This document shows, in pieces, positions 1 to 6,637 of a stretch of DNA of 32,000 bases. The stretch's first letter is position 1, and every line of letters begins with the position of its first letter. The DNA is from Candidatus Iainarchaeum sp. (lineage in GTDB: Archaea > Iainarchaeota > Iainarchaeia > Iainarchaeales > 0-14-0-20-34-12). A program made the translations under genes and the position numbers. The stretch spans positions 17,623 through 49,622 of the forward strand of contig JAUSKK010000045.1 in assembly GCA_030649345.1 (NCBI GenBank). Direction: 5' to 3'. The notes under the pieces are model-generated. The model searched no databases. It worked only from the letters and a program-made list of their open reading frames with translations, and had not been told where the DNA came from.

Positions 1-90
1 TAATTTTTTCTTAATGTCTTTTGCTGGTCTGGGATCTTCTTGAATTCCTTGTTCAACTGCATATTCAAATAATTCTTTCATGCTGGCCAT
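1..90 (-). CDS. hypothetical protein, N-terminal part only (gene runs off the left edge)
   Basis: Reverse strand reads GGTGA-N4-ATG (ATG at 88-90), then MASMKELFEYAVEQGIQEDPRPAKDIKKKL with no stop before position 1. It is too short to appear in the ORF track. Confidence 0.4.
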   Translation of the reverse strand, partial: MASMKELFEYAVEQGIQEDPRPAKDIKKKL

Positions 91-206
91 AATTTCACCT
101 TTGTTTTTTTGAATTTAATCATTAACTTTTAAGTTTATTATTAGATACTGAATTATATGATTTGGAGTAATTGTTTCTTAAAGTTTGCTGTTTTGGACTT
201 AATTTA

Positions 207-659
207 TCAATTTTGAATTGTTCGCGCATATTCGGGTGTTACAATTAGTGTTCCGTATTTTAAGGAACAAATTCCCAATTTTCGCAAAAAACGAATTCCT
301 GCTTTTATTTGTTCTCTTGACAAGTTTTCTGTTTTCATTATTGTTGCATAAATTGTTTGCGTGTCTTGAGCTAGTGTGCTTGTGCGTTCTAAAGTTTTTA
401 AGACTCTGCTGGCGGCTATTCTGTACGGTTTGTAAAATCCGTTTGTTTCTGTTATTTGAAGCGTACGGTATACACGGTCATCCAATGCACGTATTCCATT
501 CATGCCTAATTTTTTTAATGCTCGTGTTCTTTGCAGTTCTCCTTTTACTTTAGGATCTTGTCCATTGGCTTGCCATTGTCTGAACAATCGAATGCGTTCA
601 GCTAAAACTGTTTGAACATGCGGTTCTAAATGTCTTGAAATTCTGGGTTTTCGTATCAT
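207..659 (-). CDS. small basic protein, winged-helix-like C-terminus (hypothetical)
   Basis: 150-aa ORF starting MIRKPRISRH. The C-terminal segment TIYATIMKTENLSREQIKAGIRFLRKLGICSLKYGTLIVT looks like helix-turn-helix plus wing. AT-rich TATA-like sequence (CTATTTAAAG on the minus strand) lies about 30 nt upstream. The antisense ORF 218-553 is hydrophobic junk. Confidence 0.6.
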   Translation of the reverse strand: MIRKPRISRHLEPHVQTVLAERIRLFRQWQANGQDPKVKGELQRTRALKKLGMNGIRALDDRVYRTLQITETNGFYKPYRIAASRVLKTLERTSTLAQDTQTIYATIMKTENLSREQIKAGIRFLRKLGICSLKYGTLIVTPEYARTIQN

Positions 660-701
660 AGTTACTTATTTTATATGCTTTTTTGCTTTAAATAGTATAT
701 T

Positions 702-803
702 GCGAGGATCTGATAGTGGCTATTCAGCCGGCTTGAGGTTCTTTAAAAAGATCAATTGGCCGGTCCCTTAGTGGGTCCGCAGGTTCGAGTCCTGCTCCTC
801 GCA
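702..803 (+). tRNA. tRNA-Leu(GAG), type II with long variable arm and a ~19-nt anticodon-loop intron (739-757)
   Basis: Acceptor GCGAGGA/TCCTCGC, D arm TGA..TCA with a GG loop, anticodon stem CCGGC/GCCGG, loop TTGAGG followed by the intron. Variable arm is 15 nt (CCC/GGG stem), T arm GCAGG-TTCGAGT-CCTGC, discriminator A73 (Leu-like). A Ser(UGA) reading needs a worse D/anticodon register. TATA-like TTTATATG lies about 30 nt upstream. Confidence 0.75.
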
Positions 804-896
804 TCCCGGGTGCGGGATGATAGCACGTGCTACTTTCGCATTCGCTTCAGTAGCACTGTACGCGGATGTATCGTGCTTGCATGGTATGATTTATGG

Positions 897-911
897 GTCC
901 TGCTCCTCGCA
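897..911 (+). repeat. exact 15-nt direct repeat of the tRNA-Leu 3' end (GTCCTGCTCCTCGCA, copy of 789-803)
   Basis: Identical GC-rich 15-mer at 789-803 and 897-911, seen directly. A chance match in an AT-rich 32-kb window is negligible. Confidence 0.85.
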
Positions 912-932
912 ATCTTTTGTTTTGATTTAAAA

Positions 933-1316
933 TTAGTTTCTGGGCCCAATCCAATAATAGCGCGCAAAAGTTCCATTGCGTCCAGGAATGCTTTCTTTGG
1001 TTTCTCGAACTAAATTGTTTCGCTTCAGCCAAGCCATGGTGTATCCAAATACTTCGTTTGGAATATACTCTCCGGTAAGGCGTTCAATTTCTTTTTTAAT
1101 TTCTGCTCGAAGAATTCCAGGTTTAGTTGTTACACTATTTTGAATTCTTGGCTTTAGTTCATGAAATTGATCGCTGGCCAGTCTTCTTCCTCCACGCAAT
1201 CTAGGCTGAACTTTTTCAGGCACTATTATTTTAGGTTCAAGTACTGCCGGTTGAATTATGGGTTCTTTTTTGAAATCTCTGACTGGTTTTCTGCGAGGCA
1301 CTGGTTTTCGTATCAT
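933..1316 (-). CDS. small basic protein, Arg/Pro-rich N-terminus and winged-helix-like C-terminus (hypothetical)
   Basis: The ORF track gives 933-1358. I prefer the internal ATG at 1316 (MIRKPVPRRKP...). Its first 14 nt are identical to those of the 207-659 gene, and it sits about 29 nt from a TATA-like AATTTTAAAT. C-terminus reads GILRAEIKKEIERLTGEYIPNEVFGYTMAWLKRNNLV. Confidence 0.6.
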   Translation of the reverse strand: MIRKPVPRRKPVRDFKKEPIIQPAVLEPKIIVPEKVQPRLRGGRRLASDQFHELKPRIQNSVTTKPGILRAEIKKEIERLTGEYIPNEVFGYTMAWLKRNNLVRETKESIPGRNGTFARYYWIGPRN

Positions 1317-1340
1317 CCTATTCTTTTTTAGGCAACTTCT

Positions 1341-1350
1341 AATTTTAAAT
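1341..1350. promoter_or_regulatory. near-palindromic TATA-like box shared by divergent genes
   Basis: AATTTTAAAT is centred about 29 nt from the ATG at 1316 (minus strand) and about 27 nt from the ATG at 1373 (plus strand). This spacing fits archaeal TATA-to-start distance with leaderless mRNAs. Inference only. Confidence 0.35.
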
Positions 1351-1372
1351 GTTTTCATTCCATTTGTTGAAT

Positions 1373-1942
1373 ATGGATTTGTTGGATTTTCATTTTCAGG
1401 CTTTAAAATTAAAAGATTTAAAACGAACAGGCTGGATTCAACGCAAAGTTTCCAATCCAGAAACTGTTGCCAGTCATTTATGGGATCTTAGTTTACTGGT
1501 TTTAATGCATGCAAAATCTTTAGGCTATAATGAACTCAAATGTTTAAAATTAGCCATTGTTTCAGATTTAGTTGAATCCATTACAGGAGACATAGCAACT
1601 CATAAAAAGTTTTTATCTCAAAAAAATTCCTTAAAAAGAAAAGAATTCCAAGAAATCAAAGCAGTGCAAAAGCTGGTTTCCAAAATTAAGAATCTTAAAT
1701 TAAAAAAAGAAATTCAATTGTTGTGTTTGGATTATGTTCAAAAAAAATCCAAAGAAGCAAAGTTTGTTTCGGATTTAGATAAAGTCGAAGTTTGCTTGCA
1801 GGCTTTATATTATGCTAAACATAAGCGTACTCGGAAAAATTTGTTTGAGTTTTTTGAAACCAGTTATTCTAGACTATTTACTTTGGATGGTTTTCGTTTA
1901 CTGGAAGAAGTGTTTGCTGAGTTTCAAAAATTAAAACGTTAA
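1373..1942 (+). CDS. HD-domain phosphohydrolase, YfbR/HDDC2-like 5'-nucleotidase family, with a variant SD in place of the HD dyad
   Basis: Motifs LKRTGW, PETVASH, LAIVSDLVESITGDI and AKFVSDLDK follow the order of the HDDC2/YfbR family (..RTGW.., ESV..H, HD..E...GDI, ..D). The track start of 1349 is possible; ATG at 1373 is preferred. Confidence 0.7.
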   Translation: MDLLDFHFQALKLKDLKRTGWIQRKVSNPETVASHLWDLSLLVLMHAKSLGYNELKCLKLAIVSDLVESITGDIATHKKFLSQKNSLKRKEFQEIKAVQKLVSKIKNLKLKKEIQLLCLDYVQKKSKEAKFVSDLDKVEVCLQALYYAKHKRTRKNLFEFFETSYSRLFTLDGFRLLEEVFAEFQKLKR

Positions 1943-2107
1943 ACCTAAAAGAAAGACTCCGAACAAGATTTGAACCAAGGTTAGCAAGATCCATTGAAGA
2001 AAGGCTCCAGTCCAGTTGACTCCGTGCTTGTAGGCTGTTCCAGCACTCCATTTGATGATAAACAAGTTAATGGCCAGTCCAATTGCAAAAAATATAAGGT
2101 TTGCCAT
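1931..2107 (-). CDS. small two-helix membrane protein (58 aa, not in ORF track)
   Basis: Hand translation of the minus strand from ATG 2107 gives MANLIFFAIGLAINLFIIKWSAGTAYKHGVNWTGAFLQWILLTLVQILFGVFLLGLTF*. It has two clear hydrophobic helices and is more protein-like than the overlapping plus-strand ORF 1994-2206. Confidence 0.4.
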   Translation of the reverse strand: MANLIFFAIGLAINLFIIKWSAGTAYKHGVNWTGAFLQWILLTLVQILFGVFLLGLTF

Positions 2108-2202
2108 GCAAATAGTGCACTTTTTGGGTTTAAATTCTTTTCGAGTAGGTATATTTTTAAGTTTAAAGAACTATTATTTGTTACTTTTTTGGAGGGTATT
2201 CA

Positions 2203-2490
2203 ATGAATGTAAAAGATTTAAAGCCTAGAGCAGCTGTAGATGAAATTATTTTAACGATTGTTTCCAAAGCAGAGCCTCGTGAATTTGCAACAGAAAAAGC
2301 TTCTGGAAAAGTATGCAATTGTGCTGGCAAAGATGACACGGGTGAAGTTAAGCTTACTTTATGGAATGAACAAATCGATGCAGTAAATGAAGGAGACAAA
2401 ATTAAGATTCAGAACGGCTGGGTTACTGAGTTCCGCGGAGAAAAACAGTTGGGTACTGGAAGAAACGGAACCATTGAAGTAATTCATTAA
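2203..2490 (+). CDS. single OB-fold nucleic-acid-binding protein (SSB/RPA-like)
   Basis: 95 aa. VKLTLWNEQIDAVNEGDKIKIQNGWVTEFRGEKQLGTGRNGTIEV matches the typical short archaeal OB-fold pattern. GGAGG lies 7 nt upstream of the ATG. Confidence 0.7.
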   Translation: MNVKDLKPRAAVDEIILTIVSKAEPREFATEKASGKVCNCAGKDDTGEVKLTLWNEQIDAVNEGDKIKIQNGWVTEFRGEKQLGTGRNGTIEVIH

Positions 2491-2504
2491 TTTTTGGTGA
2501 GATA

Positions 2505-2984
2505 TTGAATGTTCTGATTGCGATTTATGCAAAAACAGAATTTCCCAAAAACATTGCTTTGGCTATTCAAGAAGTGTTTGCAGCCCAAGGCTGGAATGTA
2601 AGCATTGAAGAAATTGTTCCAGTTAAAAAATTGAAAGAATTTGAATACGATAAACTGGAATTTGTGCAGTTAAAAAACTCAAACTGTGATGTTTCCAGTT
2701 ACGATTTGATTGTAATAGGTTCAGGTATTTGGAGTTTTTCGCCCAGCAAAGTATTGCTGTCGTATTTAAAAAAATTGCAAAATACTAAGGATAAAAATTT
2801 TGCAGTCTATGTTACCTGTATTTTGTCTGGTAATTCGTTGAAAAAAATTTCCAATATTTTAACTACTCAGGGAGCTAAAGTTGTTGAAACTGTTTCGTTT
2901 CGTTCTTTTTTTGAAAATGATAAAAGTAAAATCAAGGAAGCTAAGTTGTTTGCAGATTCTTTGGTTAAAAAATTGAAGCCTTAA
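2505..2984 (+). CDS. flavodoxin-like-fold protein (FMN phosphate loop not recognisable)
   Basis: Alternating beta/alpha pattern: VLIAIYAK..., YDLIVIGSGIW, FAVYVTC. TTG start is preceded by GGTGA. The canonical S/T-x-T-G-x-T loop is absent, so function is uncertain. Confidence 0.45.
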   Translation: MNVLIAIYAKTEFPKNIALAIQEVFAAQGWNVSIEEIVPVKKLKEFEYDKLEFVQLKNSNCDVSSYDLIVIGSGIWSFSPSKVLLSYLKKLQNTKDKNFAVYVTCILSGNSLKKISNILTTQGAKVVETVSFRSFFENDKSKIKEAKLFADSLVKKLKP

Positions 2985-3715
2985 TTTTCTTTTTTTTCTT
3001 CCAGTTGTTCAGTAACTTCTTGAGCTATTTCCATTAAAGTATCTCGTTCGAGTTCTTTGTTTTCTTTTCGTACTGCTCTGACTTTGCGTTTAACTTCTTT
3101 GACTGTTTGTTCAATGGTTTCTTCTCCGTACAAGGCTTGAATTTTTGCATTGAGTTCAATCCATTTTTGTTTGTTTTCATTGGCTAAATTTTCATACGTT
3201 TTTGGGTCTATTTTGCGTGTCTCAAATTTTTTAACCAATACTTGGTCTTCAATTTGCAGTTGTTCTTTTTGTTTTAATAATTTATTCAATTCTGTTTTTT
3301 TTCCTAAAGCAATTTGATTCAATACAATGTTTTCTGGATTTTCTTTTTTGCTGGAAAACGCGTGTTCAATTTGCCCGTCTATTTTAATGAGTTCTCTGTT
3401 TTTTTGTTCTACCATTTGTCTGTATTGTGTTTCGGTTAGTTTTCGTTTATAAAAAGCCATTTCTGTGAATTGTATTTCTTTTAAAAGAATTCTTTTTTGT
3501 TTAAATAAAGTGTGTACAATGGTTCTGGCTTGCAGTATTTGAAATCCAATAATTAATCCAGTAACTGTTAGAATGCTGAAGGTAAGAATTGGCAGAGTTT
3601 GATACAGGGCTAGTGAACTAATTAAAGCTAGGGCTATTAATCCCAATAAAAGTATGGCTTTTTTCCAGTTTCTTTTTTGAGTAATTCGTTTTTGGTATTC
3701 TTGGATTTCGCTCAT
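2981..3715 (-). CDS. membrane-anchored coiled-coil protein (hypothetical)
   Basis: 244 aa. Two N-terminal hydrophobic helices (ILLLGLIALALISSLALY, ILTFSILTVTGLIIGFQIL) are followed by a long K/E/Q-rich heptad-like region. Confidence 0.65.
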   Translation of the reverse strand: MSEIQEYQKRITQKRNWKKAILLLGLIALALISSLALYQTLPILTFSILTVTGLIIGFQILQARTIVHTLFKQKRILLKEIQFTEMAFYKRKLTETQYRQMVEQKNRELIKIDGQIEHAFSSKKENPENIVLNQIALGKKTELNKLLKQKEQLQIEDQVLVKKFETRKIDPKTYENLANENKQKWIELNAKIQALYGEETIEQTVKEVKRKVRAVRKENKELERDTLMEIAQEVTEQLEEKKEN

Positions 3716-3738
3716 GAATCGTTCATCTAGGCATTATT

Positions 3739-4740
3739 TTATTGTGGAATTTGTATGCGTAACAAATTATACGTCATGAAAATACGAGTTCCATATTGGG
3801 TGTGCACTTCTTGGTTTTTAAGTTCGCTGAGTCCTTTTCCGTTATCGTATTCCACAAAGTATTGGTAATTGGGTAATTGAATTTCTTGAGCATTTATCGG
3901 ATAATCGGTGTAGGTGTCTACATAGACTGTGATATCGTATACGTCATCTCCGTCTTCATCAATTTCAAATTTTCCAATTAAATATTTTTCATCTGTTTCA
4001 TCTTCTTTAAAATGCGTGTAATCTGGATAATAATAGTCTGTTGTGCTTTGTTTATTTTCCAATTTATCGGTGCCTGTAAATTTTACTTTTTTTCCAAATT
4101 GTGCTTCAAATGTTTGCGATTTCAGCAAAAGATAAAATCGTTCATCTTCGAACAACAAATCATCTTCCGGTAATGTGTCCTCAATTATAATAGTGGGTTC
4201 GGAAATACTTTCGGGTTTGTATACATACGGATAATAGTTTATTTTTTCGAGTGTTTGTCCTTCATCTATATTGGTTGTAGTATCTAAAGCAATGCTGGTT
4301 CCCAGAGTGTTGTATGTAAATTGCTGGCTGGCTGCAAGAAGGTCTGGGTTTTGTAAAAACACTTCAGGGTCTTGAGTTGGATTTTCAGAGCGTAGTTCAA
4401 ATCTTTGATTTTCGGTTCCTTTTTCAAATACATTTAAATCAAATGCTTTTCCATTAATTGAAAATACTTCTTCTTGGTCTCGGAAAGGGGCTGATTTCCA
4501 AAAAGGAATATGGTATACACTGGCTTCATGAGCGAAAACTATTTCGTTTTGATTGAATTCAATGGTAGTTAAAGGACCTGAAGGATATCCTTCTTGTAAT
4601 GGAACTGTTTCTTCTTGGTTAATGGTTGAGTCATAAATTTCATATTGGTCTTGTACTTTTTCTTCTGCAGGCGGCTGCAAGCATGCACTGGTTACCAATA
4701 CTAAAAGAATTCCAACAATCAAAAATGAACTTACTTTCAT
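3739..4740 (-). CDS. secreted or lipid-anchored acidic protein (hypothetical)
   Basis: Signal peptide MKVSSFLIVGILLVLVTSAC with a lipobox-like TSAC. The mature part is rich in D/E/T/Y. Confidence 0.65.
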   Translation of the reverse strand: MKVSSFLIVGILLVLVTSACLQPPAEEKVQDQYEIYDSTINQEETVPLQEGYPSGPLTTIEFNQNEIVFAHEASVYHIPFWKSAPFRDQEEVFSINGKAFDLNVFEKGTENQRFELRSENPTQDPEVFLQNPDLLAASQQFTYNTLGTSIALDTTTNIDEGQTLEKINYYPYVYKPESISEPTIIIEDTLPEDDLLFEDERFYLLLKSQTFEAQFGKKVKFTGTDKLENKQSTTDYYYPDYTHFKEDETDEKYLIGKFEIDEDGDDVYDITVYVDTYTDYPINAQEIQLPNYQYFVEYDNGKGLSELKNQEVHTQYGTRIFMTYNLLRIQIPQ

Positions 4741-4777
4741 GCTATAACTAAAGAATTAAAGGTTTAAATGCGTTTCC

Positions 4778-5236
4778 TTATTTTTTTGCAATTAAATAAA
4801 TAAAATAGCTAATAATGGCTCCAGAAATTAAATGAATGGCTGAAAAAGGAAATACCAAAAAGTCACCATATTGGATATTGATTAAAATTTCAAACAAAAA
4901 AATTCCAGCCAAAGTCATTCCTAGATAATATTCGCTGCTGATTTCTTCTATTTTTTTGGTTTGTCCAGTAATGGCAGGCAATAATCCAGCCAATCCTGCG
5001 CCCATAGCCTGCCAGATTGTCCAAAATCCTTGTCCTCCGGGAACTAAAAAGTTCGATAAAAAGAATCCTCCAGCTCCTACAATGATTCCGGCATCCATTC
5101 CTAAAGTAATTCCAGCTAAAACTGCTAAAGGAATAATGGGTTCTACGCTGGGCAAAGGAAACAATTTCAGGACTGCACGTCCAATAATGGCTAAAACCAG
5201 TAAAGTAATCATTTGAGTATTTTTGCTTTCTGTCAT
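4778..5236 (-). CDS. small polytopic membrane protein, ECF-transporter S-component-like (tentative)
   Basis: 152 aa with 4-5 hydrophobic helices and Gly-rich helices (GMDAGIIVGAGGFFLSN, AMGAGLAGLLPAI). The family assignment is from memory only. Confidence 0.6.
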   Translation of the reverse strand: MTESKNTQMITLLVLAIIGRAVLKLFPLPSVEPIIPLAVLAGITLGMDAGIIVGAGGFFLSNFLVPGGQGFWTIWQAMGAGLAGLLPAITGQTKKIEEISSEYYLGMTLAGIFLFEILINIQYGDFLVFPFSAIHLISGAIISYFIYLIAKK

Positions 5237-5282
5237 TACAATGAATTTAAACTAAACTTTTAAATCTTGTTCTGTTCTTTTT

Positions 5283-5786
5283 TTGTGTACTTTGACGAAT
5301 ATTGAATCTCAGGTTCATTTTGGCTTAACTAAAATTGGAGAACCTCAAATTAAAGAATTTTTTTATCAAAAATTACACGAGTTTTTTTTAGACTTGCAAA
5401 TTCCTGAACTTGAAATCCGAATGTCCTGCGAAGAAGGGCTAAAAGCTATTTTGGAAACCAGTATTTTAAATGAAGCCATGTTGAAACGTGTTTTGAATGA
5501 TTTTTGCAAAAACTACAGCATTCCAGATATGACGTGTTTGCGTTCTTCTTCTAGTCAAACTTCTGTGGCTGGAAAAATTAAAACACGTAATCTATTTCAT
5601 GCTTTGAGTTCCAATGAAGTTTTGGTTGAAATTTTTTGGCCCAATATTATTTGCACTGCTGGAAATCTTTCTTTAAATTTTTCGATTGGTTCGCGCAATA
5701 TTTTGATTGTACAAGGTTCTGTTGAAATGATTGAACAGGCAAAAATTATTTTGAAGAAAATGTATTCCAATATTCGAATGGAGTAA
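5283..5786 (+). CDS. hypothetical protein
   Basis: 167-aa ORF with a TTG start, about 20 nt downstream of TATA-like CTTTTAAATC. The first ATG is not until codon 47, so the start is uncertain. No motif recognised. Confidence 0.45.
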   Translation: MCTLTNIESQVHFGLTKIGEPQIKEFFYQKLHEFFLDLQIPELEIRMSCEEGLKAILETSILNEAMLKRVLNDFCKNYSIPDMTCLRSSSSQTSVAGKIKTRNLFHALSSNEVLVEIFWPNIICTAGNLSLNFSIGSRNILIVQGSVEMIEQAKIILKKMYSNIRME

Positions 5787-5794
5787 AATTAATT

Positions 5795-6274
5795 TTGGGT
5801 GAAATGACGATGAGTTTTATTTCAGTTCCTGAATTGAATTCTGATGTTTCAAAAACAATGCATGCTTTGACTTTTTTGGAACTAAAAAAACTAAATCTAA
5901 TTGCTTCGGCAACGCTTATTCAAACCATTGAAGAAATTCCGTTGCTTTCTGAAACCCAAGCAGGAGTGTATGATTTTTATTTTAAAGCCAATGGAAAAAC
6001 TATTGGAATGGAAGTTTTAGCCAGGCCCAGTAAAGGCAAGTTAAAGCAAAAATTGTTTTATGCAAATTATGTGGATGAATTCATTTTTGTTTTGCCTGTG
6101 GAATCATTTAATTTTTATAAAATTCAAAAATTGGCTTTTTTATCCAAAGTTAGGCCGAGTTATTTTTCGAAAGAATTTAATTCAGAAAAACTATTTGTTT
6201 GGCTATTGGATTTAGAAAAGAAAGAATTTATTGCCAAAAATCGGTTTAATAAAGTATTTCGCGTGGACCCATAG
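5795..6274 (+). CDS. hypothetical protein
   Basis: 159-aa ORF. The likely true start is ATG 5810 (GGTGA at 5798-5802). No confident motif; a PD-(D/E)xK-like idea is recorded under rejected items. Confidence 0.5.
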   Translation: MGEMTMSFISVPELNSDVSKTMHALTFLELKKLNLIASATLIQTIEEIPLLSETQAGVYDFYFKANGKTIGMEVLARPSKGKLKQKLFYANYVDEFIFVLPVESFNFYKIQKLAFLSKVRPSYFSKEFNSEKLFVWLLDLEKKEFIAKNRFNKVFRVDP

Positions 6275-6350
6275 CCTTTAAAACCTTAAAAAAGCACTAG
6301 ACTTAGGTTTTTAATGAATTCTTTGCAGTATTTATTAACAAGGTTTAATT

Positions 6351-6521
6351 GGGTGTGTAGCTCAGCCTGGATAGAGCACCTGCCTTCTAACCTTTTTCTT
6401 TCTTCGCAAGAAAGAAAAACGTTAACGAAAAAGAAAGAAACCGGTAATGAAAAAACCGAAAGCGTTAATGATATAAGTGGTTGTGAGCAGGTGGTCGGGG
6501 GTCCGAATCCTCCCACACCCG
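6351..6521 (+). tRNA. tRNA-Arg(UCU) with a 96-nt intron at the canonical 37/38 position (intron 6390-6485)
   Basis: Acceptor GGGTGTG/CACACCC, D arm GCTC-AGCCTGGATA-GAGC, anticodon stem CCTGC/GCAGG, loop CTTCTA|intron|A, variable TGGTC, T arm GGGGG-TCCGAAT-CCTCC, discriminator G. A T-rich tract follows. The two ORF-track entries over it (6286-6573, 6314-6556) are spurious. Confidence 0.8.
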
Positions 6522-6637
6522 TTTTCATTTTCTTTTTAAAAAAAAAGAAAGTGTAAGTTGTTTTTAAATTCAAAAAGAATTTGAAAATTTATCAAAATCA
6601 GTAAGTTTTGATAATTTCTAAAAGAAAAAGTGTATGT

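Noticed and set aside
804-896. Possible C/D-box sRNA in the insert after tRNA-Leu (GGATGATAG, GTATGATTT), and likewise in the tRNA-Arg intron (TAATGAAAA, TAATGATAT).
   Set aside because: There is no canonical C box (RUGAUGA) paired with a D box (CUGA) at the right spacing, so only partial look-alikes exist. The structured-RNA question is kept separately as a finding.
1994-2206. 70-aa plus-strand ORF upstream of the OB-fold gene.
   Set aside because: It has a non-ATG start and a low-complexity product. The opposite strand encodes a more convincing small membrane protein, and the 3' part is promoter/RBS sequence for the gene at 2203.
5795-6274. Possible PD-(D/E)xK nuclease fold (YDF...GMEVLARPSKGK).
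   Set aside because: The motif is only loosely satisfied (E-V-L rather than E-x-K) and there is no supporting context such as a methyltransferase or partner. It is left as hypothetical.
6286-6573. Two overlapping ORFs (95 aa on the minus strand, 80 aa on the plus strand) across the tRNA-Arg locus.
   Set aside because: The region is fully explained by an intron-containing tRNA with perfect stems. The ORF products are low-complexity (poly-K/F).
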